Shown here in pieces: positions 1 to 8,696 of a stretch of DNA of 64,000 nt. Source of the DNA: Sulfuritalea sp. (GTDB taxonomy: Bacteria > Pseudomonadota > Gammaproteobacteria > Burkholderiales > Rhodocyclaceae); contig JALNZB010000005.1 of assembly GCA_023229545.1 (NCBI GenBank), positions 23,281 to 87,280 of the forward strand. Reading direction: 5' to 3'. Position 1 is the first letter of the stretch. Every line of letters starts with the position of its first letter. The notes beneath the pieces are model-generated. The model did not search any database, was not told where the DNA came from, and saw only the letters and a list, made by a program, of their open reading frames with translations. Both the position numbers and the translations under genes were made by a program.

Positions 1-1585
1 TTACGGCATGGCGTTCCATGTATTCAGACATGTCAAAGCGAATCAGTTCGATGCCCATGCCATAGGCTAACTGGCGCGCTACTTCGGTTTTTCCGACGCC
101 AGTCGGCCCGGAGAACAGGAAACAGCCAACTGGCTTCTGCGGGTCGCCCAGCCCGGAGCGCGACATTTTGATCGCTCTGGTCAGGGCATCAATGGCAGGT
201 TCCTGGCCGAAGACCATGTTCTTCAGATCGCGATCCAGATTCTTCAGCGCCGAGCGGTCGTCGGCTGAAACGTGCTGTGGCGGAATGCGCGCAATCCTGG
301 CGACGATGTCTTCGATCTCAAGTTTGCCGATAGTCTTCTTCTGCTTTGATTTCGGCAAGACGCGTTGAGCGGCGCCGGCCTCATCGATCACGTCGATCGC
401 CTTGTCAGGCAGGTGGCGGTCATTGATGTACTTGGCCGCAAGTTCTGCCGCGCTGGAAATAGCCGCAGCGGAATACTTGACGCCGTGATGCTCTTCAAAG
501 CGGGACTTGAGGCCGCGCAGTATGGAGACCGTTTCGTCCACCGACGGCTCATCGACATCGACTTTCTGAAAGCGACGTGACAGCGCATGATCCTTCTCGA
601 ACACACCGCGAAACTCGGTATATGTGGTGGCGCCGATGCACTTCAGAGCCCCTGATGCCAAAGCGGGCTTGAGCAGATTGGACGCATCCATCGTTCCACC
701 TGACGCCGCGCCGGCGCCGATCAGTGTGTGTATCTCGTCGATGAACAGAATGGCGTTCGGGTTGTCCGCAAGTTGTTTGAGGACACCTTTGAGTCGCTGT
801 TCAAAGTCACCGCGATACTTGGTTCCGGCCAGGAGTGAGCCCATGTCCAGGCAATATACGGTGGCGTTGGCAAGAATCTCCGGCACGCGTCCCTCGACAA
901 TGCGGCGAGCGAGCCCTTCCGCGATGGCCGTTTTCCCGACGCCAGCTTCGCCGACCAGGAGCGGGTTGTTCTTGCGGCGACGGCATAGGGTCTGGATTAC
1001 GCGCTCCAGTTCCTTGTCGCGACCGATCAGTGGATCAATCTTGCCCGTCAGCGCCAACTGGTTAAGGTTCTGCGTGAAATTTTCAAGCGCGCCGCCTTTT
1101 TCCTGGACCTCACCATCGGTCTCCACCGCTTCTTCCTTGCCTCGAGGTTGCGGCGTCTTGGTGATGCCATGGGAAATGTAGTTCACCACGTCCAGTCGCG
1201 TGACATTCTGGCGTTGCAGGAAAAACACGGCATGTGAATCCTTTTCGCCGAAGATCGCCACCAGCACGTTGGCCCCGGTGACTTCCTTCTTTCCCGAGGA
1301 CTGCACATGAAGAATGGCGCGCTGGATTACGCGCTGGAAGCCGAGCGTCGGTTGCGTGTCGATTTCATCGATTCCTGCCACGGTCGGCGTGTGCTCATTG
1401 ATAAAAGTCAGCAGTTCCTTTCTCAGGCTCTCAATATCGACCGCGCAGGCCCGCAACACTTCGGCGGCGGAGGGATTATCCAGCAGCGTCAGCAGCAGAT
1501 GTTCGACGGTGATGAACTCATGGCGCTTCTGTCGGGCTTCGACAAAGGCCATGTGCAAGCTGACTTCGAGTTCCTGGGCAATCAT
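1..1585 (-). CDS. clpA: ATP-dependent Clp protease ATP-binding subunit ClpA (runs off the left edge, 3' part missing)
   Basis: Manual minus-strand reading from ATG at 1585: [32 protein letters not shown]; Walker [16 protein letters not shown] near 920-960; start overlaps the clpS stop (ATGA). Confidence 0.95.
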   Translation of the reverse strand, partial: MIAQELEVSLHMAFVEARQKRHEFITVEHLLLTLLDNPSAAEVLRACAVDIESLRKELLTFINEHTPTVAGIDEIDTQPTLGFQRVIQRAILHVQSSGKKEVTGANVLVAIFGEKDSHAVFFLQRQNVTRLDVVNYISHGITKTPQPRGKEEAVETDGEVQEKGGALENFTQNLNQLALTGKIDPLIGRDKELERVIQTLCRRRKNNPLLVGEAGVGKTAIAEGLARRIVEGRVPEILANATVYCLDMGSLLAGTKYRGDFEQRLKGVLKQLADNPNAILFIDEIHTLIGAGAASGGTMDASNLLKPALASGALKCIGATTYTEFRGVFEKDHALSRRFQKVDVDEPSVDETVSILRGLKSRFEEHHGVKYSAAAISSAAELAAKYINDRHLPDKAIDVIDEAGAAQRVLPKSKQKKTIGKLEIEDIVARIARIPPQHVSADDRSALKNLDRDLKNMVFGQEPAIDALTRAIKMSRSGLGDPQKPVGCFLFSGPTGVGKTEVARQLAYGMGIELIRFDMSEYMERHAV

Positions 1586-1905
1586 CGGTCTTCCTCCATC
1601 ACGCAAGCCAGCGGATGCTGGTGCCGACGCGAAAATGCACTCACCTGCTCAACCTTCGTCGCAGCTACATCGCGAGGATACACGCCGCAGACACCCCTTC
1701 CCTCACGATGCACTTTCAGCATGACTTGCGTCGATTGCTCGCGCGATAAACCAAAAAACTTTTCCAAAACCACTACGACGAAATCCATGGGAGTGAAATC
1801 ATCGTTGAGCAGCAACACCTTGTACATTGGTGGCGGCTTGGTGAGATTCTTCTCCGGCGCCAATGCAGCACTACCCTCCGATTCGACGTGCTTGCGCGTA
1901 ACCAT
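1582..1905 (-). CDS. clpS: ATP-dependent Clp protease adaptor ClpS
   Basis: [21 protein letters not shown]...[17 protein letters not shown] motif; directly upstream of clpA. Confidence 0.96.
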   Translation of the reverse strand: MVTRKHVESEGSAALAPEKNLTKPPPMYKVLLLNDDFTPMDFVVVVLEKFFGLSREQSTQVMLKVHREGRGVCGVYPRDVAATKVEQVSAFSRRHQHPLACVMEEDR

Positions 1906-2039
1906 GAGTGGATTTTAATGTGATTCCTGCACAGTTCAACACCACGAAAAGGAGGGGAATAATGCGTTCATGCGCCGTATTTTGGGTTGATCGTCCAACA
2001 TGCAAGGGGCAGGCATGTGCGATGCAGCATAGAAAGTTG

Positions 2040-2068
2040 TTGACGCTGCTTGACAATGTGCGTAAAAC
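2040..2068 (+). promoter_or_regulatory. Candidate sigma70 promoter for the cold-shock gene
   Basis: TTGACG-N17-TAAAAC, about 200 nt upstream of the csp ATG. Confidence 0.4.
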
Positions 2069-2268
2069 GCGAAACGTGTTTAGTTCAATTTCCTCCGCAG
2101 TGACCTACGGTCGTCTCACAGTCTGTCGAATTGCAGCTCCTCTGAATTGCCGCTTGGCCCCCTCTGCTGTTCCGAAGTTGAACCTCAAACATGCCCCGGC
2201 CGGGGTGCGGTGTTTTGCAGCCCGCAGCGGTGGCCGATTCGTTCGTTTTTGATTAAGGAAGAAGTTAC

Positions 2269-2472
2269 ATGGCAACTGGTACTGTTAAGTGGTTCAACGA
2301 CGCCAAGGGTTTTGGTTTTATTACCCCGGATGACGGTAGCGAAGATTTGTTCGCACATTTCTCGGCCATCAACATGGCTGGGTTCAAGTCCCTGAAGGAA
2401 GGCGACAAGGTGACTTTTGACGTGGTGCAAGGCCCTAAAGGCAAGCAGGCGTCGAACATTCAGAAGCCTTGA
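2269..2472 (+). CDS. Cold-shock domain protein (CspA/CspD family)
   Basis: [34 protein letters not shown] (RNP1/RNP2); divergent from clpS. Confidence 0.96.
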   Translation: MATGTVKWFNDAKGFGFITPDDGSEDLFAHFSAINMAGFKSLKEGDKVTFDVVQGPKGKQASNIQKP

Positions 2473-2519
2473 TGTCCTCGATTCTTTCGGTGCCGGGTTA
2501 ATTCCGGTTCCGGAAATAC

Positions 2520-2560
2520 AAAGCCCGCCCGAGGTAGCTGTCTGGCGGGCTTTGTTTTTT
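2520..2560 (+). terminator. Rho-independent terminator
   Basis: AAAGCCCGCC...GGCGGGCTTT stem followed by a T-run. Confidence 0.75.
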
Positions 2561-2613
2561 CTAATTGCACGCCTGTTTCGTGGGTATATGAACGTGCCTT
2601 CGAGTTTGCTGGT

Positions 2614-3258
2614 TTGAGCCGCCTCATACTTTTCAACAAGCCTTATGGCGTGCTGACCCAGTTTACCGATAGCGGCGGACGGCCCACCTTGGCCGATTAC
2701 GTTCCAATCCGTGATGTGTATGCCGCTGGGCGGCTGGATGCAGATTCGGAAGGATTGGTCGTATTGACCGACGATGGCGCTTTGCAGGCGCGAATCGCCA
2801 ATCCCCGGCACAAGTTGGCAAAGCTGTACCGGGTGCAGGTTGAAGGTTTGCTCACAGATGAAGCGCTGAGAAAACTTGCCAAGGGCGTGGACCTTGGCGA
2901 TTTCCATACGCAGCCGTGTCTGGCGCGCCGCATTGCCGAGCCGCAAGGCCTCTGGAAACGGAATCCCCCGATCCGGCATCGCGCGGTTATTCCCGTCAGT
3001 TGGTTGGAGATTGTTCTGCGAGAAGGGAAGAACCGTCAGGTCAGGCGCATGACGGCACGAGTCGGGTTTCCGACACTACGCCTGATTCGTTGGGCGGTGG
3101 GGGATTGGACTCTGGAAGGACTTGCGCCGGGCCAGTGGCGAGAACTTGAGATTTCAAGTCAACCAGAAGGAAAGCAGCGCGTTAATGTCCGTAACGCCAC
3201 GAAAAACCGTGGGGTTAACAACACTCTACCTATACACACACTAAAGGAAACACCATGA
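2614..3258 (+). CDS. rluE: rRNA pseudouridine synthase, RluE/RsuA family
   Basis: [22 protein letters not shown] (catalytic GRLD), [12 protein letters not shown]; TTG start. Confidence 0.85.
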   Translation: MSRLILFNKPYGVLTQFTDSGGRPTLADYVPIRDVYAAGRLDADSEGLVVLTDDGALQARIANPRHKLAKLYRVQVEGLLTDEALRKLAKGVDLGDFHTQPCLARRIAEPQGLWKRNPPIRHRAVIPVSWLEIVLREGKNRQVRRMTARVGFPTLRLIRWAVGDWTLEGLAPGQWRELEISSQPEGKQRVNVRNATKNRGVNNTLPIHTLKETP

Positions 3259-3515
3259 ACAAGCTCCTCGCGACCCTCGTTGCTGGCCTGATCGCTACCT
3301 CCGTTTTTGCTGCTGATGCGCCGAAGGCTGCCCCGGCTACTCCCGCTACCCCGGCTGCTCCGAAGGCTGCCCCCGCTGCTGCGGCGACTCCGGCTACCCC
3401 GGCTACCCCGTCGGCCAAGGCTGCTGACGCGCCGAAGGCTGAAGCTGCTCCCGCCAAGGCTGAAAAGAAGGCCAAGAAGGCCAAGAAGGCCAAGAAGGTC
3501 GAAGCTGCAAAGTAA
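3255..3515 (+). CDS. Small secreted Ala/Pro/Lys-rich low-complexity protein
   Basis: RBS AAAGGA; signal peptide [19 protein letters not shown]; repeats ATPA and [10 protein letters not shown]; own terminator follows. Confidence 0.8.
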   Translation: MNKLLATLVAGLIATSVFAADAPKAAPATPATPAAPKAAPAAAATPATPATPSAKAADAPKAEAAPAKAEKKAKKAKKAKKVEAAK

Positions 3516-3536
3516 TCCCCTAATCCGGGAAAAAGG

Positions 3537-3564
3537 AATGGCAGGGAGACCTGCCATTTTTTTT
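3537..3564 (+). terminator. Rho-independent terminator
   Basis: AATGGCAGG-GAGA-CCTGCCATT followed by a T-run. Confidence 0.8.
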
Positions 3565-3613
3565 GCCGCGCAATTCGGGGTGATCGAGGTTCTTTCGTCG
3601 AAGGAGATTGATC

Positions 3614-4060
3614 ATGTTTGCCAGGATGGTGCTGCTGGCGACAATGTTGGCGATTGCCTGGCCAGGCTGGGCGCAGCAGCCGCAATTGCCCTTGCTGGAG
3701 TTGTTTGCAGGGATGCATCGTATCGAGGCCGAAGTCGCGGCGACTTCCGGTAGCCGGCAAATCGGGATGATGCAGCGCACGATCATGGCGCCTCAGCGCG
3801 GCATGTTGTTCGTGTTTCCGGAGGTTGCCAAGCACTGCATGTGGATGCGAAACACGCTCCTGCCCTTATCGGTGGCCTTCCTTGACGAAAAGGGCAGGAT
3901 CATCAATGTCGAGGACATGCAGCCCAAGACCGAGGATAACCATTGCGCGAAAGCGCCTGCGCGCTACGCGCTTGAGATGAATCTGGGATGGTTCAGAAGT
4001 CGCGGTCTGGGTCCGGGGTTCTCCATCACGGGAATCGACAAGGCACCCCCCGGCCGTTGA
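3614..4060 (+). CDS. DUF192 family exported protein
   Basis: Signal peptide, then IEAEVAAT..RQIGMMQR...GMLFVF...WMRNTLLPLSVAFLD...YALEMN; AAGGAG RBS 7 nt before ATG 3614. Confidence 0.85.
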   Translation: MFARMVLLATMLAIAWPGWAQQPQLPLLELFAGMHRIEAEVAATSGSRQIGMMQRTIMAPQRGMLFVFPEVAKHCMWMRNTLLPLSVAFLDEKGRIINVEDMQPKTEDNHCAKAPARYALEMNLGWFRSRGLGPGFSITGIDKAPPGR

Positions 4061-4117
4061 TATGCAGCGGCGTGTCCGTCGGCTCCCGGTGTCTGCGTTG
4101 CGTGGACGGGGCTAGGT

Positions 4118-4318
4118 TCAGTAGTGCGGCGGGATATCGTCGCGCAAATTCCGTGGTTCGCTGGGCGCCGCTGGTTGCATCAGCTGATACAACTCGCGGA
4201 TCTGAGCCTGTAGCAGATCGATTTGCTGTTGCTGGCGAAAGACGGTGCGGTTGAGTTCTTCCAGATGGTCCTCGCCGAGGCTGAGCTTGATTTCGAGTTC
4301 GGTGAGTCTGGATTCCAT
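4118..4318 (-). CDS. slyX: SlyX family protein
   Basis: MESRLTELEIKL...EELN..V..QQQQID.L...PPHY; start reassigned to ATG 4318. Confidence 0.88.
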   Translation of the reverse strand: MESRLTELEIKLSLGEDHLEELNRTVFRQQQQIDLLQAQIRELYQLMQPAAPSEPRNLRDDIPPHY

Positions 4319-4401
4319 GTCGATTCCTTCGTCATTGAATGACAGAGGGCGCCTTTTCGGCGCCCTCTGCTGATTGCGCATCAGTCGCGCACCTGTCTTG
4401 A

Positions 4402-4986
4402 TCAGGCGAAATTCTTTGCCGCAAAGTCCCAGTTTGCCAAGGAATTGAGGAAGGTCTCGACGAACTTGGGTCGGGCATTGCGGTAGTCGATGTAGTAGGC
4501 GTGTTCCCACACATCGATGGTCAGCAGGGCCTTGTTTTCGCTGTTCAGCGGCGTGCCTGCGGCGGTGGTGTTAACGATATCCACCGCGCCATCCGGTTTC
4601 TTCACCAGCCAAGTCCAGCCCGAGCCGAAATTGCCCACGGCAGAGGCCTGGAAGGCTTTCTTGAACTCGTCGAAGCTGCCCCATTTCTTGTTGATGGCCT
4701 CGGCGAGGGCGCCTGTCGCCGTGCCGCCACCGCCGACTTTCATGCTGTTCCAGAAGAAGCTGTGATTCCACACCTGGGCCGAGTTGTTGAAAATCCCGCC
4801 AGCCGGGGCTTTCTTGACGATGGCTTCAAGGTCGAGATTCTCGTACTCCGTGCCCTTGATGAGGTTGTTGAGGTTGGTCACATAGGCCTGATGATGCTTG
4901 CCGTAGTGGTATTCAAAGGTTTCCTTCGAGATATGGGGGGCGAGAGCGTCCATCGCGTAAGGCAGAGGAGGGAGGGTATGTTCCAT
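4402..4986 (-). CDS. sodB: Superoxide dismutase [Fe]
   Basis: [37 protein letters not shown]. Confidence 0.95.
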   Translation of the reverse strand: MEHTLPPLPYAMDALAPHISKETFEYHYGKHHQAYVTNLNNLIKGTEYENLDLEAIVKKAPAGGIFNNSAQVWNHSFFWNSMKVGGGGTATGALAEAINKKWGSFDEFKKAFQASAVGNFGSGWTWLVKKPDGAVDIVNTTAAGTPLNSENKALLTIDVWEHAYYIDYRNARPKFVETFLNSLANWDFAAKNFA

Positions 4987-5054
4987 TTTGGTTCTCCTGT
5001 TATCGGTGCTATAGGTTGAGCAGTTTAGTCAAGAATGTGTTGGTTGGCAATCGG

Positions 5055-6386
5055 TCAATGTCCGGGGGTGCTCGCGAGGATGCCGGCTTGAGCCTCGCCA
5101 TGCGCCAGACGGAGATTCACGGTTTGACCGGCATGTAAGCTTGCAGCGTCGGTTACCAGGTCACCGTTGGCATCGCGAACGATGGCGAAACCGCGGGCCA
5201 GCGTTGCTTGTGGATTCAGGTGGGCGAGTGCCGCAGCCATGTTGTCGAGCGCGCTTCGCCTGTGTTGCTGCTGTTCGCGGATCGCGGCACCCAGACGCTG
5301 CGCCAGCAGTCCGATGTGTCCACGGCGTTTTTCGATGCGTGGCACGTTGCGGCCCAGACCAAGGGCGGCGCGGCTCAGTCGGTCCTGGTGCCGGCGCAGG
5401 CATCGGGCCAGTGACGCGTCCAGATGCGAGTCGAGCAGCGCAAGGCGGTCGCGCGCATGCGCCAAGCGGGTCGCCGGGTGAATCAGGCGTAGCGCGAGGT
5501 GATCCAAGTCCTGCCGCTGGCGGGCGATGCGGTATTGCATGGCTTGGTTCATGGCTGTTCCAAGATCGGCAATTTCGTCCGCCGCCTCGTGCCACCCCTG
5601 CGTTGCAAGCTCGGCTGCGGCAGTGGGCGTTGCGGCGCGCAGATCGGCGACATAGTCGGCGATGGTGGTATCGGTCTCGTGACCGACGCCGCTGATGATC
5701 GGCAGCGGGCTGGCGACAATCGCACGTGCGACAAGTTCTTCGTTGAATGCCCAAAGGTCTTCAATGCTGCCACCACCGCGCACGATCAGCAGCAAATCGC
5801 ATTCCTTGCGCTGGTCTGCCGCCGCGATCATTTTGGCAATATTTTCGGCGGCCCTGTCGCCCTGCACTAGGGTTGGATAGAGGATCGCGGTGAGATGCGG
5901 CGCGCGGCGTTTCAGCGCCACCAGCACGTCACGCAGGGCGGCGCCGGCGGGCGAACTGATGATCCCGATCCGAACCGGAAAGCGCGGTAGTGACCGCTTA
6001 CGCTCGGCGGCAAACAAGCCATCCGCCTCCAGTCGTGCCTTCAATCGGGCAAAGGCCTCGAACAGCCGTCCCAGCCCGGCGCGGCGCAGCGTCTCGACAT
6101 TCAGCTGGAAGTCGCCACGTGCTTCATAAAGCGACACCAAGGCACGCGCCTCAACCTGCTGGCCGTTTTCCAATCGCCAGGCAATCGATTGGGCGCGTGA
6201 GCGGAACACCACGCAGCGTGCCTGGGCGTTTTCGTCCTTCAGCGAGAAATAGACATGGCCCGAGGCGGCACGGGCCAGGTTGGAAATTTCCCCGGCTACC
6301 CAAAGCAGTGGGAACTCCCGCTCCAGACTCTGGCGCGCGAGCCGGTTGAGCTCGCTAATGCTGACGACAGTGGAGGGATCGAGCAT
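5055..6386 (-). CDS. xseA: Exodeoxyribonuclease VII large subunit
   Basis: WVAGEISN..SGHVYFSLKD, IVRGGGSIEDLWAFNEE, SGVGHETDTTIADYVAD.RA.TPTAAAE. Confidence 0.96.
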   Translation of the reverse strand: MLDPSTVVSISELNRLARQSLEREFPLLWVAGEISNLARAASGHVYFSLKDENAQARCVVFRSRAQSIAWRLENGQQVEARALVSLYEARGDFQLNVETLRRAGLGRLFEAFARLKARLEADGLFAAERKRSLPRFPVRIGIISSPAGAALRDVLVALKRRAPHLTAILYPTLVQGDRAAENIAKMIAAADQRKECDLLLIVRGGGSIEDLWAFNEELVARAIVASPLPIISGVGHETDTTIADYVADLRAATPTAAAELATQGWHEAADEIADLGTAMNQAMQYRIARQRQDLDHLALRLIHPATRLAHARDRLALLDSHLDASLARCLRRHQDRLSRAALGLGRNVPRIEKRRGHIGLLAQRLGAAIREQQQHRRSALDNMAAALAHLNPQATLARGFAIVRDANGDLVTDAASLHAGQTVNLRLAHGEAQAGILASTPGH

Positions 6387-6589
6387 GGATTGGACGCTTT
6401 GGATTTAGGATACGCAATGCGAAAATTCTACAGTATCCACACAGCGCATCGGGCAAGACTTGGAAAGCCATGCTGTTGCAAGGGGTGCAATGTAACTGAT
6501 TGATTTATTGTGTAGTTATTCTTGCTCCGAAATTGATCGAAAAAGAAAAAGTCCTTGCGGGAGGCCAACTTAGCTTGTTTGACACCTGA

Positions 6590-6624
6590 TGATCCACAAA
6601 CTTATCCACAGATTTTGTGGATAA
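6590..6624. promoter_or_regulatory. DnaA-box cluster
   Basis: TGATCCACA (6590-6598, 1 mismatch), TTATCCACA (6602-6610) and TGTGGATAA (6616-6624, reverse perfect box); a further 1-mismatch box GTATCCACA at 6433-6441. Confidence 0.75.
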
Positions 6625-6701
6625 GCCGGCCACTGTTCCCTCGCTTTGCAACGGTGCTAATCGACTACTGTATTCGGCATGTTTGAGCATTACCCCAGCG
6701 C

Positions 6702-8690
6702 ATGAGCCACTCCTTGATACCGCTAGCCGCAGGGGCCCTGATCGGTCTGTTGCGCGAGGCGCTGGAAAGCACGCTGGTCGAACGTGGTGCGGCGCAGGGG
6801 CTGGAGTTGCTCGGCCATGCCGAGGACTTCTGGAGCGGTTTGCCGCTGATCGAACTGCGGCGCATGGCCGAGGCTGGCAATCACCATGCAGAAGCCGAAC
6901 TGGCCTGGCGTCACGCCGCCGGCGAAGGCGTCGCCAAGTCCTATGCGGATGCTGTGCGCTGGGCGTCGCGCAGTGCTGAACATGCTTGTCCTACGGGCGA
7001 AGCGGTGCTGGGCTGGCTGTTGTATCAGGGCTGTGGTTTGCCGCGCGATTACCGCGAAGCGGTGCGTCTGTTCGATTCGGCAACGCGACAGGGTGATACT
7101 CGCGGCATGACCTGGCTGGCCTTGTGTCTCCTGCGCGGTCACGGCGTGCCCGTGGATACGCCGCGCGCCGCCAGTCTGTTCGAGCAAGCCGCGCAAAAAG
7201 GCGCACGTCTGGCGCAATACTGGCGCGGTCGTGTGCTGTATTTCGGCATCGGCATCGAACGCGACTTTGCCACTGCCGCGTATTGGCTGCAGCTGGCCGC
7301 TGCCCACGGACAATCCAAGGCGCAAGACCTTCTGGCGCGCTGCTACTTTTTTGGTCGCGGCGTCACGGAAGATCGTGCCGCAGCGGCGGGTTACTGGCGT
7401 CAGGCGGCGGACGATGACGTCATCAGCGCCAGCTTCTGCCTGGGCATGTGCCTGTATGCCGGCGAAGGCGTGCCGGCGGATGCGGCGGAAGCCGTGACGC
7501 ATTTTCGTGTTGCGGCGCGCAAAGGGCTGGCGGGTGCGATGTTTCTGCTGGGCCAGTGCTACACATTCGGCTTCGGTGTTACGCGCGATCCGGAAGCCGG
7601 CATGGCCTGGTATCGACGCGCGGCAGAGAAGGGCAGTCGCGATGCCGAGTTTGAAATGGGCGAGTGTTACGCGCAGGGTATCGGCCCGGCGAGCCGCGAC
7701 TATGACGAGGCCTTGCGCTGGTGGCGCGCTGCCGCCCGACGCGGCCATGCGCGAGCGAGGCTCAAGATTGCTCATGCCTATCGCTGGGGCGACGGCGTTG
7801 CCGAAAACAAGGCGCTGGCGGTTGCCTGGTATCGACGCGCGGCGGAACAGGGCGACATTTCGGCGCGCGTCTGGCTGGGTGAGTGCTACGAACATGGTGA
7901 GGGGGTGCGCGCCGACTTGAGTGCGGCACTGATGCATTATCGCGCTGCGGCCGACGCGGGCGATGCCCATGGTCAGGCCGAATACGGTCGTTGCCTGCTG
8001 CTGGGCGTTGGCGGCGAGGCGCGACCGGCGCTGGGCGAAGCCTTGTTGCGCAAGGCGGCAGACGCTGGCTGGCCGCAGGCTTTGAAAGAACTGGAGCGCC
8101 ACTGGTTCGCGCTGGGAGAAGCCCTATTGCACGCTGCCACGACTGCGAATGACCTGAAGCTGGTTGACGCGGTGAACTGCTTTCGCGGTGCCGCAGAACT
8201 GGGGCATCGTCGCGCTGCCTTCATGCTTGCGGAGTGTCTGCGTCATGGCACGGGTACCGCCGTTGATGTGCCGCAGGCGGTCATCTGGTACCGCAAGGCT
8301 GCGGCCTTGTTCGATGCCAAGATACTATTGGGAGATATGTTCTATTTTGGTCAGGGTCTGCCGCGCAATCCGTGCGAGGCCTTGCATTGGTACGAGCAGG
8401 CGGCCGTGGTTCACGAAGATCCGTATGCCATGTACAGCTTTGGCTATTGCCTGCTGCATGGCGAAGGTGCGCCGCGTGATGCCCGCGCCGGCGCACACTG
8501 GTTGCGGCGGGCTGCCCTGCAAGGCGAAGCCGATGCGCAATACGAACTGGGCCTGGCGTATTACCGGGGCGATGGATTGAAGCGCAGCCTGCGTCTGGCG
8601 GCCAAGTGGCTGCGGGCGTCAGCGCGTTTGGGCCACGTTCGCGCCCGCGCTTTTCTGGAGCGCATGGAGCGCGGTAGTCAGCTTAGCTAG
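6702..8690 (+). CDS. Sel1-like repeat (SLR) protein, about 16 repeats, 662 aa
   Basis: Recurrent G...A...LG.CY..G.GV..D...A..W...AA..G units across nearly the whole ORF. Confidence 0.9.
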   Translation: MSHSLIPLAAGALIGLLREALESTLVERGAAQGLELLGHAEDFWSGLPLIELRRMAEAGNHHAEAELAWRHAAGEGVAKSYADAVRWASRSAEHACPTGEAVLGWLLYQGCGLPRDYREAVRLFDSATRQGDTRGMTWLALCLLRGHGVPVDTPRAASLFEQAAQKGARLAQYWRGRVLYFGIGIERDFATAAYWLQLAAAHGQSKAQDLLARCYFFGRGVTEDRAAAAGYWRQAADDDVISASFCLGMCLYAGEGVPADAAEAVTHFRVAARKGLAGAMFLLGQCYTFGFGVTRDPEAGMAWYRRAAEKGSRDAEFEMGECYAQGIGPASRDYDEALRWWRAAARRGHARARLKIAHAYRWGDGVAENKALAVAWYRRAAEQGDISARVWLGECYEHGEGVRADLSAALMHYRAAADAGDAHGQAEYGRCLLLGVGGEARPALGEALLRKAADAGWPQALKELERHWFALGEALLHAATTANDLKLVDAVNCFRGAAELGHRRAAFMLAECLRHGTGTAVDVPQAVIWYRKAAALFDAKILLGDMFYFGQGLPRNPCEALHWYEQAAVVHEDPYAMYSFGYCLLHGEGAPRDARAGAHWLRRAALQGEADAQYELGLAYYRGDGLKRSLRLAAKWLRASARLGHVRARAFLERMERGSQLS

Positions 8691-8696
8691 ATTTGG

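Noticed and set aside
6430-6630. DnaA boxes as the chromosomal origin
   Set aside because: Only 2 perfect and 2 near-perfect boxes, no clear DUE repeats and no oriC-linked genes; kept as a regulatory cluster instead.
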